This document shows, in pieces, positions 29,535 to 38,776 of a DNA stretch of 64,000 bases. Origin of the DNA: Alkalispirochaeta sp. Its GTDB lineage: Bacteria > Spirochaetota > Spirochaetia > DSM-27196 > Alkalispirochaetaceae. The notes beneath the pieces are model-generated. The model ran no database searches and was not told the DNA's origin. It was given only the letters and a program-made list of their open reading frames with translations. Within the stretch, counting starts at the first letter, position 1. Every line of letters starts with the position of its first letter. Location: positions 928,001 through 992,000 of the forward strand of contig OZ271854.1 of NCBI GenBank assembly GCA_965601925.1, written 5' to 3'. The translations under genes were made by a program, and so were the position numbers.

Positions 29535-30428
29535 CTATTGGGCGCCTTTCGGAGTCTCCCAGCCGTCGGCGCGGAGGAAGTCCTCAAGAGATAACGCGTC
29601 GGGATACCACCGCTTGAGAAAGTGCGGATCACCGTCCTGACCAAATTGATCGAAGTACCGATACATGGCCGTCAGGTCCTCGCCCTGCGTCCGGAGGCAC
29701 GCGTCCCACGACATACGTACATAACGAACCGGTCGACCGATCACGCGGGAGAAGGTCTCCGCGATTTCCATAGGCGTCGACACCTCGCCCGCCAGCGGCA
29801 CGATCCGACCGGTCCACACGTCGGGATGTTCCAACGCGACGACCGCCATCGCGGCTATGTCTGCTACAGCGACCTGGCGGTAGACCGTGGTCGGGGCAAG
29901 GGGCAGTGTAATAAAGCCTTCGCGTTCAATCTCTTCTCGATCCCACGCCCAGTTATCCATGAAGGCGGCGGGGCGAAGGACGGTCCAGGGGATATCGAGG
30001 GATCGTACACGCTGCTCGACGCGCCACTTGCTGTCCAAATGGGGGACACCGGTACTGCGATCCTGGGTACAGGCGCCGTTGTAGACGATATGGTCAACCC
30101 CCGCGGCGGCGGCCGCATCGGCCAGATTGAATCCCATTGTCACCTCGACCTCGACACCGGCCTCCAAAAAATCCTGAACGGAAAACACCGCACCCGCTCC
30201 GGCCAGCGCGCCCTCGAGCGCGGTGCGATCGGTGAGATCGGCTTCCACGATTTCGGCACCGCTCCGTTTGAGTGCGATTGCGGCCGGCTTGTCGGGACTA
30301 CGGGTCAATGCACGCACCGCGTGGCCGCGCTTCAGGAGCCTGCGGGCGACGGCCCCTCCCTGGCTCCCCGTCGCGCCGGCCACGACGACCGGACGTGTAT
30401 AGATTTTGGATGTGCTTTGCTTCGTCAT
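29535..30428 (-). CDS. NmrA/HSCARG-family NAD(P)-binding protein
   Basis: GATGSQGGAV, VRALTR, GVPHLDSK, LRPAAFMDN. Confidence 0.9.
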   Translation of the reverse strand: MTKQSTSKIYTRPVVVAGATGSQGGAVARRLLKRGHAVRALTRSPDKPAAIALKRSGAEIVEADLTDRTALEGALAGAGAVFSVQDFLEAGVEVEVTMGFNLADAAAAAGVDHIVYNGACTQDRSTGVPHLDSKWRVEQRVRSLDIPWTVLRPAAFMDNWAWDREEIEREGFITLPLAPTTVYRQVAVADIAAMAVVALEHPDVWTGRIVPLAGEVSTPMEIAETFSRVIGRPVRYVRMSWDACLRTQGEDLTAMYRYFDQFGQDGDPHFLKRWYPDALSLEDFLRADGWETPKGAQ

Positions 30429-30506
30429 TCATACTCTCCCTACGAAAAGATGGCTATGTTCGTGCGAGCGCCCACCCGAACAAATACTAAATCAAATCAA
30501 TCATAT

Positions 30507-30526
30507 ATGATACGGTACAGTATCGT
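30507..30526. promoter_or_regulatory. Putative TetR operator upstream of nmrA
   Basis: Imperfect palindrome ATGATAC-GGTACA-GTATCGT in an AT-rich stretch between tetR and nmrA. Confidence 0.55.
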
Positions 30527-30677
30527 ACTATCGTGTGCGTATCGTCAACGCTTCGTTCAAAGATCTCGGGAGACAGTCTTCAACGGGAGCCGGACACGAG
30601 GCGCGGCGAAGAAGGTCTACGGATCCCGTACCGTGGATGTGAAGAGTGCCGGACGCCGATGTGAGGTGTGCTGCGAC

Positions 30678-31265
30678 TTACGGGAGTGTGACGCCAAAGA
30701 GCGTTTCGACGCACTGATTCGCCCAACGCTTGGGAGTTGTCGACGGCTCAGCGTCGAGTCCTAAGCGCGCTCTCACAAAGGCCAGCCCTTCCCACATACT
30801 GAGCAGATTGTCCGCCAAATCGTTCGCAGCGAGAGGCTTTGTCACGAATCCACGTCGCTTTCCGTGTTCGATCAGCTCGGCAACGTAAGCATGGGTGCGT
30901 TCGTAGGTGGCGTGGTAATAGATCTGAACCATATGTGTATGGTTGCGCACCTCCTCTTGAATCATCTGATGGAACTGGACGACCCTGCGGCTCCTCAGTA
31001 GTGTTAGTAGATTCTCGCCGTACCGCGCGATGGAGAGCCAGAACTCTTCGGGCGTCTCGGGATGCTCGGTCACACCCAAGGTAAAAGCGTTACCTTCCAG
31101 CGTGACAACGGCCTCGAAGACGCCGTCCATGCTCCCAAAGTACTTGTAGATCGATGTTTTTGAGACGCCGGCTTCCTTTGCGAGACGATCGGTGGTAATC
31201 GCGGAGAAGCCCTCATCGAAAAAGAGCCGTCGCCCGGTCTCCAAGATTCTCGCCTCGGGCCTCAT
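30678..31265 (-). CDS. TetR/AcrR-family regulator
   Basis: LFFDEGFSAITTDRLAKEAGVSKTSIYKYF. Confidence 0.92.
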   Translation of the reverse strand: MRPEARILETGRRLFFDEGFSAITTDRLAKEAGVSKTSIYKYFGSMDGVFEAVVTLEGNAFTLGVTEHPETPEEFWLSIARYGENLLTLLRSRRVVQFHQMIQEEVRNHTHMVQIYYHATYERTHAYVAELIEHGKRRGFVTKPLAANDLADNLLSMWEGLAFVRARLGLDAEPSTTPKRWANQCVETLFGVTLP

Positions 31266-31485
31266 CGATCCCCTTTGCTGAGTGCGCTCGTCGTCGCCTC
31301 GTCTCGTCCCGGTACTAATATCGGCCCGAACCCTTTCATCGGTATCTCTCCCATGCGCCCGACTAACTGCATCTTACGTCGCACGTTCGTCGCCCCGGCA
31401 CGCCGATTCGTGCTCCGAGCTCCCGAAGAGACCGACGAGTGATGATAGGAAAAGCCGGTCCGTCGCGCAACGGCTCCTCATACGC

Positions 31486-32379
31486 TCACTCCCGATGCTC
31501 GTCGCGCATCCACTGCCCGGGCGCGACCCCGACATGCTTGCGGAATGTTCGATAAAAGTTTGCCAGGTCGTCAAACCCCACCGCGAATGCGGCTCCTACG
31601 ATGGAATGGTCGTGATCGCGCATGAGCTTCTGCGCCGCCGTGATCCGTAGTCGCTGCACGCTGACGACGAAGCTTTCACCTACTACCATGCGCCAGAGTT
31701 CCGAGAAACGCCTTCGTGAAAGGTGTACCTCCGCCGCCGCCTTATCCAAGGGCCATCCTTCATGTACGAGTTCAGGAAGTGTCGCGGAGAAGGCCCGCAC
31801 CCGTTCGCGGGCGTCGGGGACGCGGGGGCGCTGCTGCAGTCGGTGGAGCTCCACCAGGAATCGGCTGAAGGCGGTCTCTATCTCCAAGCGGCGCGCACCG
31901 CCGTGAGGCGCCTGTGTACCGCGCGCATCCGACAAAGCCGGTCGACTCAGGGCGATCAGCTCTCTCCACGGCGCATCGCGAAGATGCATCGGAGCGGAGT
32001 GAATGACCGCCGACGTCGTATCGGAACTCCGAGCAAGATCGTTCCATATCCGGCGGCGCCCCGGGCACGCATCGAGCGCTGCGTCGGAGAACGCCACGAG
32101 AACGAGTGTGGAGGCCCTGACGTCCTCGATGATGTGCGCCGTCCCGGCGGGGACGACCAAATAATCGCCCGGATCGAGAGGATGCGTAGCCCCGCCCATC
32201 GAGAAGGCGTCGCCCGGGGAACCATCGGCACGCAACACCACGCGTCCCCTTAACACGAGAAAGACTTCGTGGAACGCGTGGGTCTGGGGTTCCATCCGAA
32301 ATTCGCGATCGTGGCGACTCTCGACTGCACGAATCCCCGAGGACGGCAGCGTCAAACGACGCGGGCTTCGCGACGCCAT
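31486..32379 (-). CDS. AraC-family regulator with N-terminal cupin
   Basis: HAFHEV, PAGTAH; C-terminal LSRRRFSELWR...AFAVGFDDLANFYRTFRKHVGVAP. The upstream part of the 817-aa ORF is antisense shadow. Confidence 0.85.
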   Translation of the reverse strand: MASRSPRRLTLPSSGIRAVESRHDREFRMEPQTHAFHEVFLVLRGRVVLRADGSPGDAFSMGGATHPLDPGDYLVVPAGTAHIIEDVRASTLVLVAFSDAALDACPGRRRIWNDLARSSDTTSAVIHSAPMHLRDAPWRELIALSRPALSDARGTQAPHGGARRLEIETAFSRFLVELHRLQQRPRVPDARERVRAFSATLPELVHEGWPLDKAAAEVHLSRRRFSELWRMVVGESFVVSVQRLRITAAQKLMRDHDHSIVGAAFAVGFDDLANFYRTFRKHVGVAPGQWMRDEHRE

Positions 32380-32493
32380 GTTGATGAGTATAGCACTCTC
32401 GCGAGCCGAAGGGCGAGCGCATTGCCCGATCTGCAAATCATGCGCCACTCGATTTACCAAGCGCGTTTCGAGATTGCGACGTATGATATCGGC

Positions 32494-33363
32494 ATGTCGA
32501 CAGCGAACGGAACGCAACACGCAGCGCCTCACCGAACCGCTTCCGGCGGCGCGGTTCTTGTGACCGGCGCAAGTCGCGGTCTCGGACGCGGTATCGCTCT
32601 GGAACTTGCAACGGCCGGACACAGTATCGCCATCAACTACCGACAAAACCGCGAGGCGGCGGAAAAGACGGCCGCCGCCTGTGCCGAGGCGGCATCGCAG
32701 CGTCCCAATGCAGCCGGTCCGATGCCGCGTTTCGTGCCCGTTCGGGGCGATATCGCCGTTCGCGCCGAACGGGAACGGCTTATTGAGGAGACGATAGAAC
32801 ACTTCGGCGCCATCGAGTCTCTGATCAATAACGCCGGCATCGCCCCGGACGTACGCGCTGATATCACCGAGGCGAGCGAGGAGTCGTTTGAGCGGATCGT
32901 ACGAACCAACTTGCAGGGGCCGTACTTTCTTACCCAGGCGGTCGTGCGCCGCTGGCTTGTCGAGAAGGAAAGGGATGCCGATGCGACGGACGTTACCGTG
33001 TCGCCGCGGCACCACATCGTGTTCGTCACGTCGATAAGCGCCGCCACCGCAAGTATCAATCGCGGAGACTACTGCATATCCAAGGCCGGTCTGGCGATGG
33101 TATCGCAACTTTGGGCCACGCGGCTCGCCGGAGACGGGATCAACGTATACGAAGTGCGTCCCGGCGTCATGGAGACGGACATGACCGCCGGCGTAAAGGA
33201 GAAGTACGATGCACTCATCGCCGAAGGACTCGTCCCGCAAAAGAGATGGGGTCGCCCCGAGGACATCGGTCGAATCGTCCGAAGCATTCTGGCAGGCGAT
33301 TTGGCCTTTTCGTCGGGAGCGGTGATCTACTCCGACGGCGGATTCAACATATCGCGACTGTAG
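32494..33363 (+). CDS. Short-chain dehydrogenase/reductase (sugar-acid related)
   Basis: TGASRGLGRG, NNAG, YCISK, RPGVMETDMT. Confidence 0.9.
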   Translation: MSTANGTQHAAPHRTASGGAVLVTGASRGLGRGIALELATAGHSIAINYRQNREAAEKTAAACAEAASQRPNAAGPMPRFVPVRGDIAVRAERERLIEETIEHFGAIESLINNAGIAPDVRADITEASEESFERIVRTNLQGPYFLTQAVVRRWLVEKERDADATDVTVSPRHHIVFVTSISAATASINRGDYCISKAGLAMVSQLWATRLAGDGINVYEVRPGVMETDMTAGVKEKYDALIAEGLVPQKRWGRPEDIGRIVRSILAGDLAFSSGAVIYSDGGFNISRL

Positions 33364-33381
33364 GTCCGAGGGGGAACACGC

Positions 33382-34896
33382 ATGATAGACATCAGTTCGG
33401 TACCGTCCGTAGACGATATTGCATCCCGTCTGCCGGCGGTGTGGGAGGCGGGGATCCGGGCGACACGACTCCTGCGCAACCATTGGGAGGAAGAACGCGG
33501 CGCGCCGGTCTACACGGAGGCGGGAGTGTACACGACCCGCGGCTGGACCGAGTGGACCCAAGGCTTTCAGTTCGGGAATGCGCTCTATTTGTATGAGGCG
33601 ACCGGAGAACGGGACATGTTGGAACACGGCCGGACCGGAACGATGCAGTACATGGCGCCGCACCTTACCCACATCGGGGTCCACGACCACGGGTTCAACA
33701 ACGTGAGCACATACGGCAACCTCCTGCGGCTCATGCACGACGGCGCAATCCCGTTCGACGAATGGGAGGCCCGATTCTATCGCCTGGCACTCAAGGTGAG
33801 TGGTGCCGTCCAAGCCACCCGTTGGACCGAGACCGCCGACGGCCTGGGGTTCGTACATAGCTTCAACGGTCCCCATTCCCTCTTCTCGGATACGATTCGT
33901 TCCATGCGCGCGGTCGCGCTCGCGTACCAACTCGGGCACACGTTGATGGGCGAACAGGACCGGCGGATCTCACTCCTCGAACGTCTTCTATCCCACGCCG
34001 AGGCGACCGCACGTTACAACGTCTACTACGGTACGGGCCGCGATCGTTACGACGTCCGTGGACGCACCGTACACGAGTCGATTTTCAACACCGCAAACGG
34101 TGTGTATCGCTCCGCGAGCACGCAACAAGGATACTCACCCTTCTCTACATGGACTCGCGGTTTGGCGTGGATCGCCGCCGGGTACGGCGAACAGCTCGAA
34201 TGGCTGCGAGAACTCCCGGAACGGGCGTTCGACGAGATATCCGACGCGGCGACGCTCTTCGGCACATCGATGAGCGAAAGGGAATCGAGCGACATCAGGC
34301 ACACAGTCGAGGCGCGATGGCTCACTACCGCGTGCGCAGTCGCCGATTTCTGGCTCGCTCACACGCCGACCGACGGCATCTCATACTGGGACACGGGAGC
34401 GCCTGGACTGGCCTACATGGCGGATCACTCCGAGCGGCCCGCCGACCCGTACAATAACTACGAGCCGGTAGACAGCTCCGCGGCGGCGATCACCGCTCAA
34501 GGTCTACTTCGCATAGGGCGGTATCTGGACGACGAGGCGGCGCGTCTGAGCGAGCGCGAACTCGACCTCGACGGCCGGGGGCCGCTGCGCCACGCCGAAG
34601 CGGCGATCCGCGAGCGGGGGCGCCGATATCGGGCCGCGGCGTTGGTTACGGCGTACACGCTCTTTGCCGAGCCGTATCTCAGCATCGCCGACGGCCACCA
34701 GGGAGTGCTTCTCCACGCGATCTACCACCACCCGAACGGCTGGGACTTCGTGCACGACCGACAGCGCATACCCAACGGCGAAAGCTGCATGTGGGGCGAC
34801 TATCACCTCCTCGAGTTGGCGACGATGATGCAACGCGAAGCGGCCGGGAAGCGACCTCTTCGTTTCTTTGACATCGGCCCCGAGGGCGTCTTGTGA
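33382..34896 (+). CDS. GH88-like unsaturated glucuronyl hydrolase family protein
   Basis: WTQGF, HDHGF, QGYSPFSTWTRGLAW, YWD, DSSAAAI, WGDY. Confidence 0.8.
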   Translation: MIDISSVPSVDDIASRLPAVWEAGIRATRLLRNHWEEERGAPVYTEAGVYTTRGWTEWTQGFQFGNALYLYEATGERDMLEHGRTGTMQYMAPHLTHIGVHDHGFNNVSTYGNLLRLMHDGAIPFDEWEARFYRLALKVSGAVQATRWTETADGLGFVHSFNGPHSLFSDTIRSMRAVALAYQLGHTLMGEQDRRISLLERLLSHAEATARYNVYYGTGRDRYDVRGRTVHESIFNTANGVYRSASTQQGYSPFSTWTRGLAWIAAGYGEQLEWLRELPERAFDEISDAATLFGTSMSERESSDIRHTVEARWLTTACAVADFWLAHTPTDGISYWDTGAPGLAYMADHSERPADPYNNYEPVDSSAAAITAQGLLRIGRYLDDEAARLSERELDLDGRGPLRHAEAAIRERGRRYRAAALVTAYTLFAEPYLSIADGHQGVLLHAIYHHPNGWDFVHDRQRIPNGESCMWGDYHLLELATMMQREAAGKRPLRFFDIGPEGVL

Positions 34897-35783
34897 ACAC
34901 CGATCGTCCCGACGTCGATCGCGCGGAGGGCACGGCGCCGATTACCGATCTGAGGCGGTGTGCGGTGCACACGATCACGACAAAACCGTGGCCGATCGAG
35001 CAAGCGATCGATGAGTACGCACGCGTCGGTTTCGGCGGGATATCGATTTGGCGCGAGGCGCTGGAGGGACGCGCTCCGGCGGCAGTCCGACGTCGGATGC
35101 AAGAGGCGGGCCTGACGGGAGTGAGCCTGGTGCGGGGCGGCTTTTTTGCCCACGTCGATAAGGCTGAGCGCGCGAGGGCGCTGGCCGACAATCGGCGGTG
35201 CATCGAGGAGGCGCACGAACTTGGCCTGCCGTTGATCGTACTCGTCTGCGGCGCCGATCCGCACGTCGGTCTCGATCGGAGCCGTCGCATGATCGCCGAC
35301 TCCCTCGCCGAGCTTGCGTCGGACGCGCAATCCGCGGGCGTCGTCCTGGGGATCGAACCGTTGCACCCCATGTACGCCGACACACGGAGCGCGATCAACA
35401 CGCTGGCTCAGGCTACGCGGATCGCACGGGATGTGAACGGAGCCGTGCCGTCCGGTGACGGACGCCCGACGGTCGCCGACGTCGTCGATGTGTACCACTT
35501 GTGGTGGGACGAGCACCTGCCTCGGGATATCGCCGCGGCGGGTTCGGACGGCCTCCTGGCGGCGTTGCACGTGTGTGATTGGCGTGTCCCGACCGAGCAC
35601 ATGCTGTTGGACCGCGGCCTCATGGGAGAGGGGTGCATCGATATTCCGTCGATTCGAGGGGAGATGGAACGAGCGGGCTTCGACGGGTTGATCGAGGTCG
35701 AAATATTCTCCGAGCGGTACTGGGCGATGGACCAATCGGAGTGGCTGAGTATGGTCGCCGCGGCGTGTAAGAACGCGGTCTGA
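34893..35783 (+). CDS. Sugar-phosphate isomerase/epimerase (xylose-isomerase-like TIM barrel)
   Basis: IEPLHPMYAD, DVYHLWWD, HVCDW, DRGLMGEG, EVEIFS. Confidence 0.87.
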   Translation: MNTDRPDVDRAEGTAPITDLRRCAVHTITTKPWPIEQAIDEYARVGFGGISIWREALEGRAPAAVRRRMQEAGLTGVSLVRGGFFAHVDKAERARALADNRRCIEEAHELGLPLIVLVCGADPHVGLDRSRRMIADSLAELASDAQSAGVVLGIEPLHPMYADTRSAINTLAQATRIARDVNGAVPSGDGRPTVADVVDVYHLWWDEHLPRDIAAAGSDGLLAALHVCDWRVPTEHMLLDRGLMGEGCIDIPSIRGEMERAGFDGLIEVEIFSERYWAMDQSEWLSMVAAACKNAV

Positions 35784-35861
35784 ATGTCATCGATTCGCAC
35801 CGCAGCGCGAGCGAGGATACTCGAGCAAGCGCCGCGGCTATGCACTAAGTAGGGAGAGACG

Positions 35862-37016
35862 ATGCGAGAGATACGAGTAATCATGAACGGCGTGACCGGC
35901 AGGATGGGAACCAACCAACATCTGATTCGCAGTATTCTGGCGATTCGCGCTCAGGGAGGAGTCGCGTCGAAGAGCGGCGAGATGATCGTACCGGTACCGA
36001 TCCTCGTCGGACGCAACGAGGGCAAGCTGCAGCGGTTGGCGGAGCGTTTGGCGGGTGAGCACGGCGCGATCGAGTACACGACCGACTTGGACAGCGCACT
36101 CGCCGATGCCTCCAACGAGATCTACTTCGATTCGACGCTGACCCAGATTCGTTCCGAAGGACTCAGAAAAGCAATCGCCGCCGACAAAGCGATTTACTGC
36201 GAGAAACCGATCGCTACGGACACCGAAACGGCGCTGAATCTCGCACGACTCGCCCGGGAGGGCGGAGTCAAAAACGGTGTGGTGCAGGACAAGCTATGGC
36301 TCCCGGGCTTACGCAAGCTCAAATACCTCGTCGACACCGGATTCTTCGGTCGCATTCTCTCGGTGCGCGGCGAGTTCGGTTACTGGGTATTCGACGGCGT
36401 GCATCAGCCGACGCAACGCCCCAGCTGGAACTACCGAAAAGAAGACGGCGGCGGGATAATGGTCGATATGTTCTGCCATTGGCGCTACGTTATCGACAAC
36501 TTGTTCGGTACCATCAAATCGCTCGTCGCCCTCGGCGCCGTTCACGTGCCGCGCCGGATAGACGAGGCGGGCATCGCATACTCCTGCACCGCCGACGACG
36601 CGGCCTACGGTACCTTCGAGCTCGAAGACGGGACTATCTGCCAGTTCAACTCGAGCTGGGCAGCGCGGGTGCGTCGTGACGATTTGCTTACTCTGCAAGT
36701 TGACGGGACGGCCGGCAGCGCCGTGGCGGGATTACGCGACTGTGTGGTACAACACGACGCCGAGACGCCTATGCCGGTCTGGAATCCCGATATCCCCAGC
36801 CCGATCGATTTCTTCGACGGTTGGACTACAGTGCCCACGCGCACGCCCATGGACAACGCCTTCAAAGTACAATGGGAGCTCTTTCTCAAGCACGTCGTCG
36901 ACGACGAGTCGTTCCCGTGGGACCTCATGGAGGGCGCCAAAGGCGTGCAACTGGCGGAACTCGGGCTCAAGAGTTGGAAGGAGCGACGGTGGCTTGAGGT
37001 TCCGGGACTGGCATAG
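35862..37016 (+). CDS. Gfo/Idh/MocA oxidoreductase
   Basis: [42 protein letters not shown]. Confidence 0.9.
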   Translation: MREIRVIMNGVTGRMGTNQHLIRSILAIRAQGGVASKSGEMIVPVPILVGRNEGKLQRLAERLAGEHGAIEYTTDLDSALADASNEIYFDSTLTQIRSEGLRKAIAADKAIYCEKPIATDTETALNLARLAREGGVKNGVVQDKLWLPGLRKLKYLVDTGFFGRILSVRGEFGYWVFDGVHQPTQRPSWNYRKEDGGGIMVDMFCHWRYVIDNLFGTIKSLVALGAVHVPRRIDEAGIAYSCTADDAAYGTFELEDGTICQFNSSWAARVRRDDLLTLQVDGTAGSAVAGLRDCVVQHDAETPMPVWNPDIPSPIDFFDGWTTVPTRTPMDNAFKVQWELFLKHVVDDESFPWDLMEGAKGVQLAELGLKSWKERRWLEVPGLA

Positions 37017-37078
37017 GGCGGGCGCGACGCGGAGCGCTTCCGGACCGCGTCGATGCGCGCGCGCGGGGTACTTCTTCG

Positions 37079-37516
37079 TTACCGCGGTACGACAAAGAGC
37101 GCTGCGTCGTCGCCTCGCACCATGTGTGTATCGATCGACTCGTCCAACGTGGCAAACCGGAGTCCGTGGCGACCGGCGAGCCCCAGTAGGTACAGATCGG
37201 TGATGCCCTTCGACCCGACATCGCGGGTGAGTGAGAAAACCGACGCATCGCCTATCGAGAGATCATCCGGAACAAAGCGAACCGTCGGAAGAGCGCGAAT
37301 ACGGCGAAGGTCCGCCAGTGCCGCGGCGGGACTTCCCGGACCGTCGGGATAGGCGGAATGTCCGTATATCCTGATAAAGCCGTTCTCGACGATGGGACAC
37401 AAAAAAAGAGGCGCGTCACCTAACGTGCCCATCCACCGTTTTGTGCGCCCGAAGAACTCGTGACGAGCGTCGGATCGCGCGATGAGCACATTTACGTCGA
37501 GGAGAAATCCCGGCAC
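37079..37516 (-). CDS. vapC: PIN-domain toxin (VapC)
   Basis: LLDVNVLIA, VENGFIR, TDLYLLGLA, ATLD. Confidence 0.87.
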   Translation of the reverse strand: MPGFLLDVNVLIARSDARHEFFGRTKRWMGTLGDAPLFLCPIVENGFIRIYGHSAYPDGPGSPAAALADLRRIRALPTVRFVPDDLSIGDASVFSLTRDVGSKGITDLYLLGLAGRHGLRFATLDESIDTHMVRGDDAALFVVPR

Positions 37517-37768
37517 TTACACGCCTTCTTGTTCCCGCAGGCGATTTATGAGCGCATCGGTTATGATCGCAGTCGACCTCGGCCGGCGTACGGGCCATCC
37601 GTCGGCGTCATACTCTACAGCCGGCTCCGAGACCACACCGTCGCGAACCATTCCGAGCTCGCGCCTGAGCCCTTCGATGACCAGACTGCGAATAGTCGTA
37701 CCCGTCTCTGCGGCACGGATACGTACGCGGCGGTACAAATCGTCGGGAATATCGATGGTAGCCTTCAT
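37517..37768 (-). CDS. Ribbon-helix-helix antitoxin (VapB-like)
   Basis: MKATIDIPDDLYRRVR..AA..G.TIRSLV.EGL, directly upstream of the PIN gene. Confidence 0.82.
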   Translation of the reverse strand: MKATIDIPDDLYRRVRIRAAETGTTIRSLVIEGLRRELGMVRDGVVSEPAVEYDADGWPVRRPRSTAIITDALINRLREQEGV

Positions 37769-37797
37769 GCTCCCATATTACTTGCTTTACAGGTATC

Positions 37798-37818
37798 TTG
37801 CAACATAGTATATTGCAA
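37798..37818. promoter_or_regulatory. Putative VapBC autoregulatory operator
   Basis: TTGCAACATAGTATATTGCAA imperfect palindrome about 30 bp upstream of the antitoxin start. Confidence 0.5.
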
Positions 37819-37842
37819 ACTAGCACATATCGAGAGATGGTT

Positions 37843-37974
37843 GAGGCTCTTTCAAAATTGCATTTTGCAAGAGCCTCAATATCGGGTCGAAATCATAATT
37901 ACATACACGGTATATAATTATGATTTCTAAAGGTCCTGACATTTTCAAAAAACGTTGTTTTTTGAAAATGCCTG
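37843..37974. mobile_element. 132-bp AT-rich triple-hairpin MITE, copy 1
   Basis: 121/132 identical to 52019-52150 by manual alignment; flanked by GGTT duplication (37839-42 and 37975-78); imperfect terminal IRs GAGGCTCTTTCAAAA / CAGGCATTTTCAAAA. Confidence 0.85.
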
Positions 37975-38034
37975 GGTTGAGAAACACTCGTCCTACGCCA
38001 CACCGCACGACGAATTGCGCCCGGAGCACTAGCT

Positions 38035-38580
38035 ATGCATATACGACACAAGGAGTGCAGCATACGAAGCGCAACCGAACATGATGGCCCGTTGCTCTGC
38101 CGGTGGTGGAACGACGGCGCGGTGATGGAACACGCCGGATTTCCCGACGGGCTCGGTGTGGATGTCGACGCCGTCGTGCGGATCATCAAGAGGAACAACA
38201 CCGATACCCAACTGATGATCATCGAAATAGATGGGGTACCCGTCGGCGAACTGCACTACCGATCGCGTGACGGAGAGACTGCCGAGATCGGTATCAAAAT
38301 ATGCGACGTCGCGTACCAGGGACAGGGATACGGGCCTCGCTTCCTCAGGATGCTGATCTCATATCTCTTCGACGAGCGTGGGTACAATAAAATTGTGCTG
38401 GATACGAACGTGCAAAACGAACGGGCGCAACACGTGTACGAGAAACTCGGATTCAGAGAGACGGGTAGACGTATTGGTACGTGGAGGAACCAACGCGGTG
38501 AGTTACAATCGGTTGTCGATTATGAGTTGGTACGGCCGTCGACACCGAGCCCCGAACGCCCTACCCCAAAACCGGAGTGA
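38035..38580 (+). CDS. GNAT (RimJ/RimL-like) acetyltransferase
   Basis: EIGIKIC...QGQGYG, N.RAQHVYEKLGF. Confidence 0.88.
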   Translation: MHIRHKECSIRSATEHDGPLLCRWWNDGAVMEHAGFPDGLGVDVDAVVRIIKRNNTDTQLMIIEIDGVPVGELHYRSRDGETAEIGIKICDVAYQGQGYGPRFLRMLISYLFDERGYNKIVLDTNVQNERAQHVYEKLGFRETGRRIGTWRNQRGELQSVVDYELVRPSTPSPERPTPKPE

Positions 38581-38586
38581 TGCCGT
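38554..38586 (+). repeat. 33-bp direct repeat, left boundary of island (attL-like)
   Basis: GAACGCCCTACCCCAAAACCGGAGTGATGCCGT, identical to 45685-45717; contains the GNAT stop codon. Confidence 0.85.
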
Positions 38587-38618
38587 GCCACCTATCGTCT
38601 ATCTTTGTACTTCGAAGC

Positions 38619-38680
38619 GCGGTCTGTCTATCCGTCACTGTGAGGTCGCCGAGAAAAAAGATCGCGGCGAACACAATCGC
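38619..38680 (-). pseudogene. Remnant of a DMT/EamA gene paralogous to 45773-46660
   Basis: Gapless 44/62 nt match to 46020-46081; translates AIVFAAIFFLGDLTVTDRQTA versus AIVFAVIFFAGDRDVTTRQIA. Confidence 0.7.
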
Positions 38681-38776
38681 GGCATCGCAGACCGTCATAG
38701 CGTATCCTACTATGAAGCCCGCCAAACCGCGATCGCCGGAGCCTCCATACCGAAATGCCCGTCATCGGTGGGTTCG

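Noticed and set aside
32380..33939. Apparent 817-aa AraC protein with a large N-terminal extension
   Set aside because: The extension is antisense to the SDR and GH88-like genes; the real start is near 32379.
37843..37974. 132-bp element as an integron attC site, CRISPR repeat or riboswitch
   Set aside because: It has no RYYYAAC/GTTRRRY ends and no spacer array, and one copy sits inside a gene with a target duplication, which fits a MITE.
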